Shown here piece by piece: positions 48,829 to 59,487 of a DNA stretch of 64,000 bases (its first letter is position 1; the number at the start of each line of letters is the position of its first letter). The notes beneath the pieces were generated by a model. That model did no database searches and was not told the DNA's origin. It saw nothing but the letters and a program-made list of their open reading frames with translations. A program made the position numbers and the translations under genes. The DNA is from an uncultured virus (IMG/VR IMGVR_UViG_3300035698_010745) (taxonomy: Duplodnaviria > Heunggongvirae > Uroviricota > Caudoviricetes). The stretch lies in IMG/VR virus record IMGVR_UViG_3300035698_010745. One strand, written 5' to 3'.

Positions 48829-48868
48829 AAAAATAGGAGGGCGGCTCCGTCTTTGGAACCGCCCTCCT
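48829..48868 (-). terminator. intrinsic terminator
   Basis: AGGAGGGCGG/CCGCCCTCCT hairpin followed by ATTTTT on the minus strand. Confidence 0.65.
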
Positions 48869-48895
48869 CCTCGTCGAGAGCAACCGACTGAGGAA

Positions 48896-50095
48896 TTACA
48901 TATAATCTTGGTCTGAGTCCACAAACTGCGAGAGCATTTCGTTGCCGAACACGGCCATCGCCGTCTCGTTGTACACAGCCCGCTCCTCGGGGAGAAGCTG
49001 CTCTACCACCGCATAATAAATGGCTTTCAGCATGTCACCGAAAATTCGGTACATATCCGCAATAGTAACGATGTGCCGGGTCGTGAACGGGGTCACAAGC
49101 TTCCCTGCCTTGATGTGGCCGCGCACCGCATCCCGGAATTTCAGGATGAGTTGGGCAACCTTGTCATCCCCGATTTTCTCGGCCAGGATGTGCTTCTCTA
49201 CGGGCTTGTTGTAGCCCATACGGAAGGTCACCGCCACGCGGCTCAAGAGGCTCAGGTCAAGCGCATCGAGCTGCGCCGTGTAGGCCGTCTGCTCCATGCT
49301 CGTTGCCCCACGGCCAGCCGTATTCCCCGCCACAACAATCCGCAGCCCACTGTGCGAGCGCACCACTCGGCCTCCGTCAATATCCAACACGAGCGTCCGC
49401 CGGGGGTTGTCCGATTCGAACACCTTGTTCAAAACATGCCCCACGTGTGCCGGGCAAGCCGGAAGTTCGTCAACAAACAGGATGGCGGGGTCGCCCACTT
49501 CCTGCCCGTCCTCGTCGAGCCCCTCGGTAAAGGCTTGCTCGACCAGACCGGCCTGATACACGATTTTGTTCTGGCCCGACGCTTCATCGACCGCAACCGT
49601 CTTCTCTCCGATAAACGCTTCGGAGCCCATATCGCCACGGCAGTTGATTTGGAACATCCTGCGCCCAAGCTGCTCGCTAAGGTACTGGACCAGCGTAGTC
49701 TTGCCGCAACCCGTCGGGCCAACAAGCTGGACAATGTGAGAGGCATCATCCGTCAAGATGTCGATAACATCCTGGGCCATCGCCGGAGCAACGTAAGAGT
49801 GCTGGTGGCGTTTCGGTTTCGGGCGAGGTGCCGGGGCCTTGGCTTTCCGCTCCGGGGTACTGGCAGTGGCCGAATCGGGCGTCCTCGCGCCAATGCGGGA
49901 GATGGTCATAATGCCGGACCCTGCGGTCGGGAAGTCGACACACAAGCCGCTCTTGGTCATCGCCAGCCGGGACTTGGCTTTCCTTATCTCGCCAACCATA
50001 TCTTCCACGGCAATGTCGCCCATGTCAATCTCGACACGCTCGTTGCCGTTCAACAGGGCTTCCACCCGCTTCACTAATGCTGTCACGTCGTTCAT
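48896..50095 (-). CDS. CobS/MoxR-like AAA+ ATPase
   Basis: GPTGCGKT, LFVDE, VAGNT.G.G and LDLSLLSR motifs. Confidence 0.85.
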   Translation of the reverse strand: MNDVTALVKRVEALLNGNERVEIDMGDIAVEDMVGEIRKAKSRLAMTKSGLCVDFPTAGSGIMTISRIGARTPDSATASTPERKAKAPAPRPKPKRHQHSYVAPAMAQDVIDILTDDASHIVQLVGPTGCGKTTLVQYLSEQLGRRMFQINCRGDMGSEAFIGEKTVAVDEASGQNKIVYQAGLVEQAFTEGLDEDGQEVGDPAILFVDELPACPAHVGHVLNKVFESDNPRRTLVLDIDGGRVVRSHSGLRIVVAGNTAGRGATSMEQTAYTAQLDALDLSLLSRVAVTFRMGYNKPVEKHILAEKIGDDKVAQLILKFRDAVRGHIKAGKLVTPFTTRHIVTIADMYRIFGDMLKAIYYAVVEQLLPEERAVYNETAMAVFGNEMLSQFVDSDQDYM

Positions 50096-50132
50096 GTATT
50101 CCTCCTCAATCTTGTTGCTCTCTACATTCCAT

Positions 50133-50159
50133 CATTGCACTAGCAACCGAGGATTCTGA
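50133..50159 (-). promoter_or_regulatory. class-1 phage promoter motif TCAGAAT-N14-GCAATG
   Basis: Exact match. Confidence 0.75.
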
Positions 50160-50171
50160 ATAAATCCATCA

Positions 50172-50831
50172 TTATCCCGTAATAAATCGCTCCGCCATAA
50201 AATCGCGAAGCTGTCCCGAATTGTCACACAAAGTCACCGTATCCTGGTCTCGGGTCCAAAGTAATCGATAGAATTTCCCCTCCGTCAGTTCCGGCTCCCC
50301 GTCATCCATGACACACCGCACAACCGGCTCCGTTAGGATGTCGTCCCCGGACACCGCAAAATGGAACTCCTCGGGCGACCGGTAAATATCCCCACCATCC
50401 ATCATCACCCACAGGCACTCATCCACCCGCGACACCGATTTCCATTGGCCCGTTGAGGAATCCATAATCACAAGGCCGGGGAAAATATTCGTGCGGTCAA
50501 GCAAGATGAAATTATCGGGTAGGTATAACCCTTCACCCTTGACACTCAAAAGGCCATCTGGGGAAGCCCCGTCTACGACAACCACCTCACCAGGGACTAC
50601 CCCGCAAACCTCCTGGTTGAGAACCACGGCATACACCTCTTCCAGGAACTCGAAAAGCGCATCCTCCGGCTTGAACCGAACCGAGACACCGTCATCTGTT
50701 TCAACCTCGAACCAGTCAAGGCCAACGGTTTCAGCTCCATCCATCTCGGGCTTAGCCAAGTAGACCTTGCCCGTAGTAAACCCGGCCCCGGACTTGTGCA
50801 CCCATCCTCCGGTATGTCTAACGAATATCAT
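50172..50831 (-). CDS. hypothetical protein
   Basis: 219 aa; T.GK.Y repeats and a terminal F.A.RF motif. Confidence 0.65.
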   Translation of the reverse strand: MIFVRHTGGWVHKSGAGFTTGKVYLAKPEMDGAETVGLDWFEVETDDGVSVRFKPEDALFEFLEEVYAVVLNQEVCGVVPGEVVVVDGASPDGLLSVKGEGLYLPDNFILLDRTNIFPGLVIMDSSTGQWKSVSRVDECLWVMMDGGDIYRSPEEFHFAVSGDDILTEPVVRCVMDDGEPELTEGKFYRLLWTRDQDTVTLCDNSGQLRDFMAERFITG

Positions 50832-50837
50832 ATTTCC

Positions 50838-51620
50838 TCATACGGTATCTGGCCCGTAGTGGTCTGGATTGCCCGTCCGCGCAACGCTAAGCCTCCGGCG
50901 GAGCCGCTGGTGAAGCCCGTCAACATCCGAAAGCGCGTCCAAACAGTCTTGCTCACTCACCCGCAGCTCGTCGTCTGTGGGCTTGTCGGGCACGCTGCCG
51001 AAATCACGGAGGGAAAAGTTGACCTTGTTTTTGTTTTCTGGCTCCGGGGCATTATTACAAACTGGGCAGCTTGGAATGTCCCCAGGCGACGCATCACTCG
51101 GCTTGTAGTAGGGCAAACCGTCCTTGTCCATCTTCACCTTGTGAGTGTGGTATATGACACCCGTTTCCGTAGATATCACCTTGAACCTGTCTGCGAAACA
51201 TTCCCGCTTCTCTCCACACTTATCGAACACTGTAATCATTTCGCCCGGCTTCCCCTCAAAGATGTATTCCACGCCCTGGTCGAACTGGTCTTCCATCCCC
51301 GCGTTGTTCACGCACTCCACAATGTTGTCTGGCTGTACGATGCGGACCGTTATATCCTCCCCAGGCTTCTTCTGCCAGAAAGGGTACTTGTTATTCCCCG
51401 CAACGAGGTCCCCATCCTCATCCGTGTACATCTCGGGGTCACAGCCTTCGGCCCACTGTACATCATCGGAGACCGCATCTCTCTGTAGCTCGCAATTAGA
51501 ACATCTCTGGTTCTCTATCGTATCGCCCATATGGTCGGCATAAATCGTCCGGGTGCCATTGCCATTACACTTTTCACATTTCGTCACTCGGGCACCTCCT
51601 TGAACCGGTCGGCAAAGCAT
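50838..51620 (-). CDS. hypothetical protein sharing a ~45-aa domain with the upstream WGR protein
   Basis: IVECVNNAGMED.FD.G.EY...VFDK.G...ECFADRFK. Confidence 0.65.
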   Translation of the reverse strand: MLCRPVQGGARVTKCEKCNGNGTRTIYADHMGDTIENQRCSNCELQRDAVSDDVQWAEGCDPEMYTDEDGDLVAGNNKYPFWQKKPGEDITVRIVQPDNIVECVNNAGMEDQFDQGVEYIFEGKPGEMITVFDKCGEKRECFADRFKVISTETGVIYHTHKVKMDKDGLPYYKPSDASPGDIPSCPVCNNAPEPENKNKVNFSLRDFGSVPDKPTDDELRVSEQDCLDALSDVDGLHQRLRRRLSVARTGNPDHYGPDTV

Positions 51621-52138
51621 TCCTGCTTCACGCCGAACTTGTCATAAACCATAAGCAAGGTAACGTCCGAGTGGCGCTCTCCCACGTACTCAATCCCCGC
51701 ATCGTACTTGTCTTCCATTCCGGCATTGTTGACACACTCGACGATGACCTCCTCTCCAGCATTCGCGACCGGAGGTGGGGGCTTGGGCTGCCGAGGCTTC
51801 TTAGGCTTCCGGGGCTTTGTCGGTTCCGAGGAATTCCCACCACCTTCAAGGTTTGGGCGAACCTCCTGCGAGGACATGGTCAATGGCCCACTGTAGGCCG
51901 GAGACTCGATATCAATGTAGCCCGTCTTCAACTTGGCTTCGAACAGCCTGCGTTGCTCTGCCACGGCAGCCGATTCGTTTCCGGTTTGCAACTTGACTTG
52001 CTGTTGCAGGTTGCTCCGACCACACCGTCCCCACTTCCCAATAGTCGTATACTGCCCAGCGGCCACCCGGACGCAAGCAAGATAAATCTTATCCGCCGAG
52101 CCCTTGCTGTTGTGTGCCACTAAATTCTGCTTTATCAT
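51584..52138 (-). CDS. WGR-domain protein
   Basis: ADKIY...GKWGRCG...AKLKTGY. Confidence 0.7.
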   Translation of the reverse strand: MIKQNLVAHNSKGSADKIYLACVRVAAGQYTTIGKWGRCGRSNLQQQVKLQTGNESAAVAEQRRLFEAKLKTGYIDIESPAYSGPLTMSSQEVRPNLEGGGNSSEPTKPRKPKKPRQPKPPPPVANAGEEVIVECVNNAGMEDKYDAGIEYVGERHSDVTLLMVYDKFGVKQECFADRFKEVPE

Positions 52139-52148
52139 TTCAGTCTCT

Positions 52149-52175
52149 CATTGCACGGAGGTGCCTGGATTCTCA
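52149..52175 (-). promoter_or_regulatory. class-1 phage promoter motif (variant TGAGAAT-N14-GCAATG)
   Basis: One mismatch; upstream of the WGR gene. Confidence 0.65.
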
Positions 52176-54350
52176 TATTTTCACTTGCCCACCCGTCACC
52201 ACCTCGGCCAGCTTGCGGAGAAACTCCTGGCTCATCGTGGTCGGGTCATCAAGATACACAAAGTTATTCTTGCCGTAGAACTGCTCCGGGTCCTCCGTCT
52301 GCACACCGAACCCGTACACCTCAACACCCTGTTTACGTGCACGTTCGCACACCCGCTTGATGTTGTGGCCAAGGGCCGAGTCGCGCCCCTGTCCACCGCA
52401 GGGCGAACCATCACTCAAGCTAAACACTACCTTACGGCGCTCGGGGCGTCCAAGCAACCGGAACACGCAATACTCCACGGCCTCGCCGTCAATGTTGTGC
52501 ATATGGGCACCGGTATGCACCAACCGCTGCCGCACAGCTTCCCATGCCTCGCCGAACTGGACATAGTGATTATAGATAATCGGGACTGTCCGTGTCATGC
52601 CGTCAAGTTGGGGGCAACTGCGGTCACCCATACCATACTTGGTCGTCGTGCCCATAATCTCAAACGGTACGCCGATTGAGTTGAGGGCTTCGCCGATGGC
52701 GATGGCAAGCAACCGTACGGCCATATAGTTACTCATCGAGCCGGACTCATCGATAACGATTTCAACGGCAACCTCCAGGTGCTGGCCATCACGAGTCTTG
52801 AAAAACACCTCTTTGCTCAAGCCCTTAGCAATCGCAACCAGCCGCCTTTTGTCAATACGTCCTTGCTGCAAGTAACCGTGACGGCGGCAACGGGACAAGG
52901 ACCGCAGGGCCTGCTCCAATGCGCGGGTCATGGAGGCCACCATCACGGCCACCATCTCACGTTCCGTCTTGAACTTTATTCGGTCATTATCGCGGCTCTT
53001 AGGAACCTTGTGCTGGTCGAGGTCGCGCCGGGACATGTACTCGGCATCCCTCGGGTCCATCTCTGTAAAGTAATCCTCGATGGCCTCATTCATGGCCTCT
53101 TCGCGGGACCGCCCATCCGTCTCGTCATCAAGGTCCGTATCTTTCCACTCGTCGGGCTCTTCTTTTTCTTCTTCATCCAGGGTGTAATCGTCTTCGCCGT
53201 CACGGCTTGAGTCGTTCGGCTTGTAAGGGGTGTCGGCATCCGGGCCATCTTCTTTCTTGCCGTCCTCTGCCTGCTCGTCTCCATCATCGCCAACATCATC
53301 TCCACCCGTACCACCCTCGGAATCTCCCTCTTCCCCGATATCGTCCCCATCCCCCTCGTCCCCACCACTAGCGGAATCCCCATCGTCGTCCTTGTCCTCA
53401 TTCCCGGCCTTGCCATCCTTTTCGTCCCCGCCATCCTTTTCGTCGCCGTCTTTCGGCTCATCCTTCTTGCCACCCTTGCTATCTTCATCGTCTTCTTTGT
53501 CGTCACCCTTGTCTCCGTTGCCCTTGGGCTTGGAATCTTCGCCCTCCTCTCCATCCTCGTCCGGCTTACCCTTGCCACCCTTCTGCTCATCCTCTTCCTC
53601 GTCCAAGTCGCCCTGCCCACCGGCCTGGGGCTCGTTCGATTCCTGTGGCTCGCCGTTGCCCTTCTGCTTCTCTCCGTCACCCTTCTGAGGCTTGCCTTGC
53701 TCGGGCTTCGGGTTCTCTTTCTTGTACTGCTCGTTGGCGTCCTTCAACAGGGCCAGGATTTTCTTGGCCAGCTTGACACACTCGGAGGCATTCTTGCACA
53801 AACGGACCTTGGCAAACTCGCTATAGGCAGCCTCAACATATGCCTTGGCCTTGGTGGAAAGTTCCCAAGCTGGTTGGATTCCATCGGACATGAGCCCCAT
53901 ACCACACAGGGCTTCCCACAACGGCGCATTGATTTCTCCATCCATCGCAGCCTTGGCAATGTCCTTGTTGTACCAGTTGTTGCCCCACCGGAACACAACC
54001 TCGCAGCCCTTGTGCAATCCGGCCTCAACTGCTTCCATGCGACGGTCCTCAAGCGCGTTTACGATTTCTCCCAAGGCCCCGGCAGGCTTGTCCACGTCCG
54101 TCTCGTCGATGTGGCCAGCCTCGTGGTAGACCCGGTGACGGAGAAGCATCAAAGCGTCGTTGGTCACGCCCGAGGCGCAAGCCATCCTGGGAATGCGAAT
54201 GATGCCCTTGCGGATGTCAGCGTCCACCGCCGACCCGTTATGGTACTGGACCTGGACTTTTCGGTTCCGGCCAATCCACCCGGCAACGACGGACATGGCG
54301 TCCTCGGCCTGGGTTTCCGTGTAATAACTTGCTTGTCCTCTTGCCACCAT
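52173..54350 (-). CDS. CobT-like VWA protein with N-terminal HExxH domain and long acidic linker
   Basis: YHEAGH, NALEDRRME, D/E/G/K-rich linker, IDESGSM MIDAS, LSDGSP. Confidence 0.85.
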   Translation of the reverse strand: MVARGQASYYTETQAEDAMSVVAGWIGRNRKVQVQYHNGSAVDADIRKGIIRIPRMACASGVTNDALMLLRHRVYHEAGHIDETDVDKPAGALGEIVNALEDRRMEAVEAGLHKGCEVVFRWGNNWYNKDIAKAAMDGEINAPLWEALCGMGLMSDGIQPAWELSTKAKAYVEAAYSEFAKVRLCKNASECVKLAKKILALLKDANEQYKKENPKPEQGKPQKGDGEKQKGNGEPQESNEPQAGGQGDLDEEEDEQKGGKGKPDEDGEEGEDSKPKGNGDKGDDKEDDEDSKGGKKDEPKDGDEKDGGDEKDGKAGNEDKDDDGDSASGGDEGDGDDIGEEGDSEGGTGGDDVGDDGDEQAEDGKKEDGPDADTPYKPNDSSRDGEDDYTLDEEEKEEPDEWKDTDLDDETDGRSREEAMNEAIEDYFTEMDPRDAEYMSRRDLDQHKVPKSRDNDRIKFKTEREMVAVMVASMTRALEQALRSLSRCRRHGYLQQGRIDKRRLVAIAKGLSKEVFFKTRDGQHLEVAVEIVIDESGSMSNYMAVRLLAIAIGEALNSIGVPFEIMGTTTKYGMGDRSCPQLDGMTRTVPIIYNHYVQFGEAWEAVRQRLVHTGAHMHNIDGEAVEYCVFRLLGRPERRKVVFSLSDGSPCGGQGRDSALGHNIKRVCERARKQGVEVYGFGVQTEDPEQFYGKNNFVYLDDPTTMSQEFLRKLAEVVTGGQVKI

Positions 54351-54378
54351 CTCAAATCCTCCGGTTGCTCTACCCGTT

Positions 54379-54405
54379 CATTGCATTGGGGCCGGAGTAT
54401 TCTGA
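54379..54405 (-). promoter_or_regulatory. class-1 phage promoter motif TCAGAAT-N14-GCAATG
   Basis: Exact match upstream of the CobT-like gene. Confidence 0.75.
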
Positions 54406-56206
54406 AAGAAAAGAGCTTAAGTCGGAGATTCTTCGTTGATTCGGGATTCCTGGCGCTCCTCCCGTTGCCGGGCAAGCCGTTCATCCCGTTTATCCCTGGG
54501 CGTCTTGTGGCAATCCGGTATCTCGATATCATAAGAGCCGTCGGAATTCTTACACCGCTTCCATGTTCGCCGGGCACCCTTCCGATTCAGGTTGTAGAGG
54601 AACTGGGTGGAACATCCACACTGGCGGCACCACCTCTGGTCAAAAACCACGGGGTCGTCTGCCGAGGAGGTCGTCGCCAGCAAGGCTTTCCATCTGTGCC
54701 GCTTGCCATCCAGGCACGTTGTCGCAGTCACCTTCATTCAATCATCCCCTTCCACCTTAGAACCGTTCTTAACGCCTGTCCCAGGTTCCCCTGATATTTC
54801 GTCTTAAGTTCCGCAGGGAGAAACTGGCTCGGTGCCGTATCCCGCAACCGGACCATCGCCTTATTGATTTCGTCGCAGGCGTTTTCTAGGTGGTGGTATT
54901 CCATGGGCTGCCCCGACGACAACACACTTACAGCCCTGATACCCTCTCCCCGTTCCTTGGGTTCCCGGCCAAGCCGGTCCTCATAGAAAAACGAAGCGGC
55001 CATATTGCAGTTGTCCACGACCTCTTTCAAGTCGGCAACGTCGCCATGCTCGTTCTTGTCAAGTCGGAGTGTCTTGATTATTTTCGGCATACTACTCTCC
55101 TACCCGGCTCCTGGCCCGGTTCTCAATGTGTTCATAGTCAACCCTAAAGTCGGCCATGTATGGGCATTCGTTCTGGAAGATGTTCGCCATCTCCACTTCC
55201 AACGGGTACGCCTCGGCCAGCTTGCGCCGGTTATCTCCATCCGCTTTCAGGATGATTCGGAACAATAGGCATGAAAAGTTATCCGTCCCCGGAGATTCAA
55301 TCGCATTTCTCAAGTCGATATGTTTCATTTTTCCGATTCCTTCCCGAAAAACTCAAACCGCCCTTTGGACAAGACTCCATACATTTCCTTGTTGACTTCC
55401 TCACTGTAATATCTAATGAAATCTTGGATTACCCGTTCTGGATTTGCTGCAAACTCTTTCCCGGCACGACCCGGTATGCTTTCGCCGGGGCCTAAGTGTA
55501 ATGTGCCTTCGTCATACTCCTGCTCAAGAATCATGCCCTTCCAGTCAATGACTTCTTCGTTGCTGATGTGTTTCATTCTGCTGATTTCTTCCGGGCCTCG
55601 ATTTCCACCATAATGCCCTTCTCGACCTGCACAACCTGGTCCACGAGTTTACGGGCATAATCCAAGGACTCCAAATCTTGCAAAACATTAAGACACAGCT
55701 TAGCATTCAGTTCGGCGTCGCGCTGCCAAATGGTCCACGGATAGCTTATACTCATCCACTCAATCACCTGCCGGTACCGGGAGACGCCCCGCATATACAT
55801 CACACAGTGAATTGCCAGCCGGACGGAGTGGTCACGCGGTTTGTCTTTGACGCCCATCCTGAGATACAACTCGGACAAATACCACGACTCTCGCGGAGTC
55901 GCCTCTACGTGTACTTCGTGGCATTGTAACTCGTGTACCTGGACCAAGTGCAGCAACGGCCCAACCAGCCCAATCGACCAGTTCCATTCCTGGGTATTCC
56001 CGCTAGGGATGCGGGCGTCATGCAGCCACTTGCGATAAAGTTTGGCCAGATACAAAGCGGACTGCGCCTGCCGAAGAAGGTAAGACTCACGGTTAAAGGT
56101 CTCCACAAACCGCTCTTCGCGATACAATACCGGCAACGGTATCGAGAGAGCCGTCATCGGTGAATCGTAGGGGAGCTGGTACTTCCCCTTTCGTATTGGT
56201 ATTAAC

Positions 56207-56674
56207 TCAGGATGCACGTTGCCCCTCCTCCATCTTTGCTATCGCCCGGAAACATGTCAGCCGGTTACAGAACTCAGCCTGGGTCAAAATCGTTTGTTTC
56301 GGGTCCGTCCTCCCTATTGTATGCTTCAGCGTCGCATCGCCGCTTGCCAAAAGAGCCCTTCTGAACGATTTATTCTTCGCAAGGGCCGCATACGCCCGGT
56401 CCAGGAGCATCTGATATTCCTTGGATTCCCGTTTGTAAGGCACACCTTTCCACCACAATGTCTGTGTCCTTTGCCAATTTTTCTTGCTGCCCCGGCGCTT
56501 GGCCGTAAGGCCGACGAGGGTGCAGACGTGCTGTTGCATGGGCTCAGCCTTGAATTTGAGACTTTGTAGCCAGCCCTCAGCACTTGCACATTCCACGCCG
56601 TCAAAGAGGAACGGGTGAGGCGCAAAATTGCTCAATGCGCTGCTTGGGTATCCGCTCTTACTTCCTATGTTCAT
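56207..56674 (-). CDS. NADAR-family protein (T4 gp30.3-like)
   Basis: LSNFAPHPF..DGVEC.S.EG.LQSLK...QTLWW.G...FRRALLASG...L.HTIG. Confidence 0.75.
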   Translation of the reverse strand: MNIGSKSGYPSSALSNFAPHPFLFDGVECASAEGWLQSLKFKAEPMQQHVCTLVGLTAKRRGSKKNWQRTQTLWWKGVPYKRESKEYQMLLDRAYAALAKNKSFRRALLASGDATLKHTIGRTDPKQTILTQAEFCNRLTCFRAIAKMEEGQRAS

Positions 56675-59487
56675 ATCGAGAAGCCTCCACCTTCTTCAAA
56701 ATAGTCCACCACTCCTTACCGTCGATAACCGCTTCCCGGACGTACCAATCATCTCCGACAGCGTTCTTCGTCCATCTCTCCCTCGGGGAAGACATCGCGA
56801 CCCGAAAAGAAGTATAGGGACTACGCCACCAACGGGGACTGTACCACGGCGTCATGTAGATGCCTCGCTGGACGCGATGGAATGTAACCGCATCCTCAAC
56901 ACATACAAATCCGGCAACTAGAAGAAAAATGGCCAAGGTTATCCATCGTATTTTCATGCCACCCTCAATTCACTGTGCGTGTAGCGACACCATTCGGTGC
57001 CCATCCCCACACGATTTCAGCTCCCGGCTTCGCCTTGCCATGGCAAACAGGACAATCCGATGTGATGCCAGCATAGCCCTTGTTCACTTCGCACTGCCTC
57101 CACAGATACCCACACGAAGAGCACGCTAAGTCGGCATATGTAACATCTGTGTCCATAACATCTGTGTCCATTCACTTTCCCCTCAAGAGGTCCCACTTCT
57201 TTTCTATTTCCGCTCGCTCTTGGTCCAGTTTGTCCCTGTGCCGCTGCACAATCTTCTGCTTTTCCTCGTCCGTCAAAGGCCGGATGTGTTCATCCACATA
57301 GGATGCATCATAGATGGGAAGGTGTGCGCCGGTCGACAAAGCCCCTATACAGAAGCATTGATTGAAATGCACGGTTACACCACCGTCAACGATTTCCCTG
57401 ATGTCAGTGGACCCCCTATCTTCCATCTTAACCTTCACAAAGGCCCCTTTGGGAATTCGTTCGGCGTCTTCTGTCCATTCCCCGCCACACAGTACGAACC
57501 GTTCCTTGGTGATGAACAATTCGTGCCTGGACAGCCAGTCAACCAGTTCACTTGGTTCGTAGTCCATCATCAACACCCCCTCCCCAAGAGCATAATCAAA
57601 TCACCAGTAAGACCGCGCCGGAGCGTTCCAGCCGTGTCTTAATTATTGCCTTCACATCATGGACTTTCAACTCTGCCGGGAAGCCCAGAGAATGGGAGTT
57701 CTCCGCATCCTGTACTGACAACGCGGCGTATCCAGTCATCACCGAAGGGAAGTCCGCGAACAGCTCTTTCAGCTTGGGGTCCACACCTCCATCATAAGTA
57801 TCGTGGAGATATCCCCTTTTCGTTTCGGGACCACAGCAGAATCCCGTTTCGTGCTCTTCATCCTCGTATGATTCATCTTCCTCACTCGGCCCCCAGACAA
57901 TACGGCCAGAAAAGCCTGCAAGGTGCTTGGGGAGCTGCACGGCCATCTCGTCCTCATCATATCCAGACTCCTCCATCTGTCTCTTGATGGTGCTTGTGTC
58001 TGCCTTCGACAAGTCAACGGTAATGGGGTTTGCTTGTAGCCCGCTCCAACAAACTCAGGGGAGTGGAAGGAGCAAGGGCGGTTTCTCCCTCTGGCTTTGT
58101 GGCCGTAACTCCCGACTCGTCCTGAGAGCCGATTATCTGGCCGTCCTTCTCTATCACTGCAATTGACCGGCCCAGGACGGCATTATCGAAGACACGCACA
58201 ATGGTGTCGTTTTCCCCCTTGCGCTTGCTCCGCCGTTTCCAGTCGGAAAGTTTCGTGAACGGGTAATCGTTCTTCACGATAGTAGATTTGCACTCTGCAC
58301 TCGTCACAGCACGGATTGGGGAATCGTGTGTATTCATCGCCAGCCCGCAAAATCTGACCATCCGATTGTCATGGCAGGAGGGTCAGGAGGGTTTGGATTC
58401 TGAATTTCTTTTGCCAACGCAGGACGCAAGTCGGGTTGGAAGCTGGACCTGGGTTGCATCCCCAGGGCATCATCGCATGCCTGCTCGAATTCTCCCTGCT
58501 TCTCCTGCATCTTCAAAGCCGCTTCAATTAGCCGGGACACAATCTGTTGCGGACCTTCGTAATCGAACTTTGCCACCCCGTAACCAGAGGGCTTGTAGTC
58601 CCTCACCTCGACGTGTTCGGAAACGCCAGTACACACGTCGTTATCCCGCGTGGACTGTATCGCGTACACTTGGTCTCCAATACTCGGAAAGAACACGGTC
58701 ACATCGCAAAAGTTACCTCGGCAGCCTTCGCCGCTCCGGCCCGACTCTACCCGGCACAGAGGAAACCGCTTGCGCAGGAGTTCGACAATCACGGGCAAAT
58801 CCTTTTCCATCGGAATCATCTTTCCCACCACCGAATCAGCTTTTGTAGCCACAACGGCACCTTGAGGAGCATCCAGCCCTCTCCTTGCGCCTTCCAGCTT
58901 GGCCAGAAGACACCCGTATCGGCGTTGAGCACGGCAGGTCTATCCCCGTATACCGCACACGGCATATTGTGGTCAGAGACCAGACCATGACATTCAATCT
59001 TCGGTTCTAGGAGTTCCATTTTTGCCCGTCCCTTCTATTTCCGCCATTACCTCGTCCCGGCGGTCCTTGTAGTCGTTGTAGCGTTCGAGAAGCCGCTGGC
59101 GCAGTTCCATGTCATCCTCTTGAAGTAGGGCAAGGCAGAACAGCTTTTCAACCGTCTCCCAATCAAGAGGCCGCTCCTGGCCCGCTGCCGGAGGCCGAAC
59201 CCCAGGCTTGCACCCCGCACGGCGCATCATCGATACAATGCAGTTGTCGTGGTAGTTGGCGTGTTCCTTCTGAGTCAGGCCCTTTTTCTGGAGGGGGTGC
59301 CGCTGCTCGTCAGGGTATGGACCCTCCGAGGGCCAACACGGCTGCGCCAACGAGTTGATTGCATCCGACAAGCTGAGAACACCGTTCTCGGGGCAAATGC
59401 GAACTTGGTCTAAGGTAAATTTGTTGACCTCCACAAACCGCACCAAGATGTCGTATGCGGCCTCGTCCAGAATCTCAATGTATGCTC

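Noticed and set aside
58397..58403. Additional class-1 promoter copies at 58397 and ~12770
   Set aside because: ATTCTGA half is present but there is no CATTGC at the 14-nt spacing
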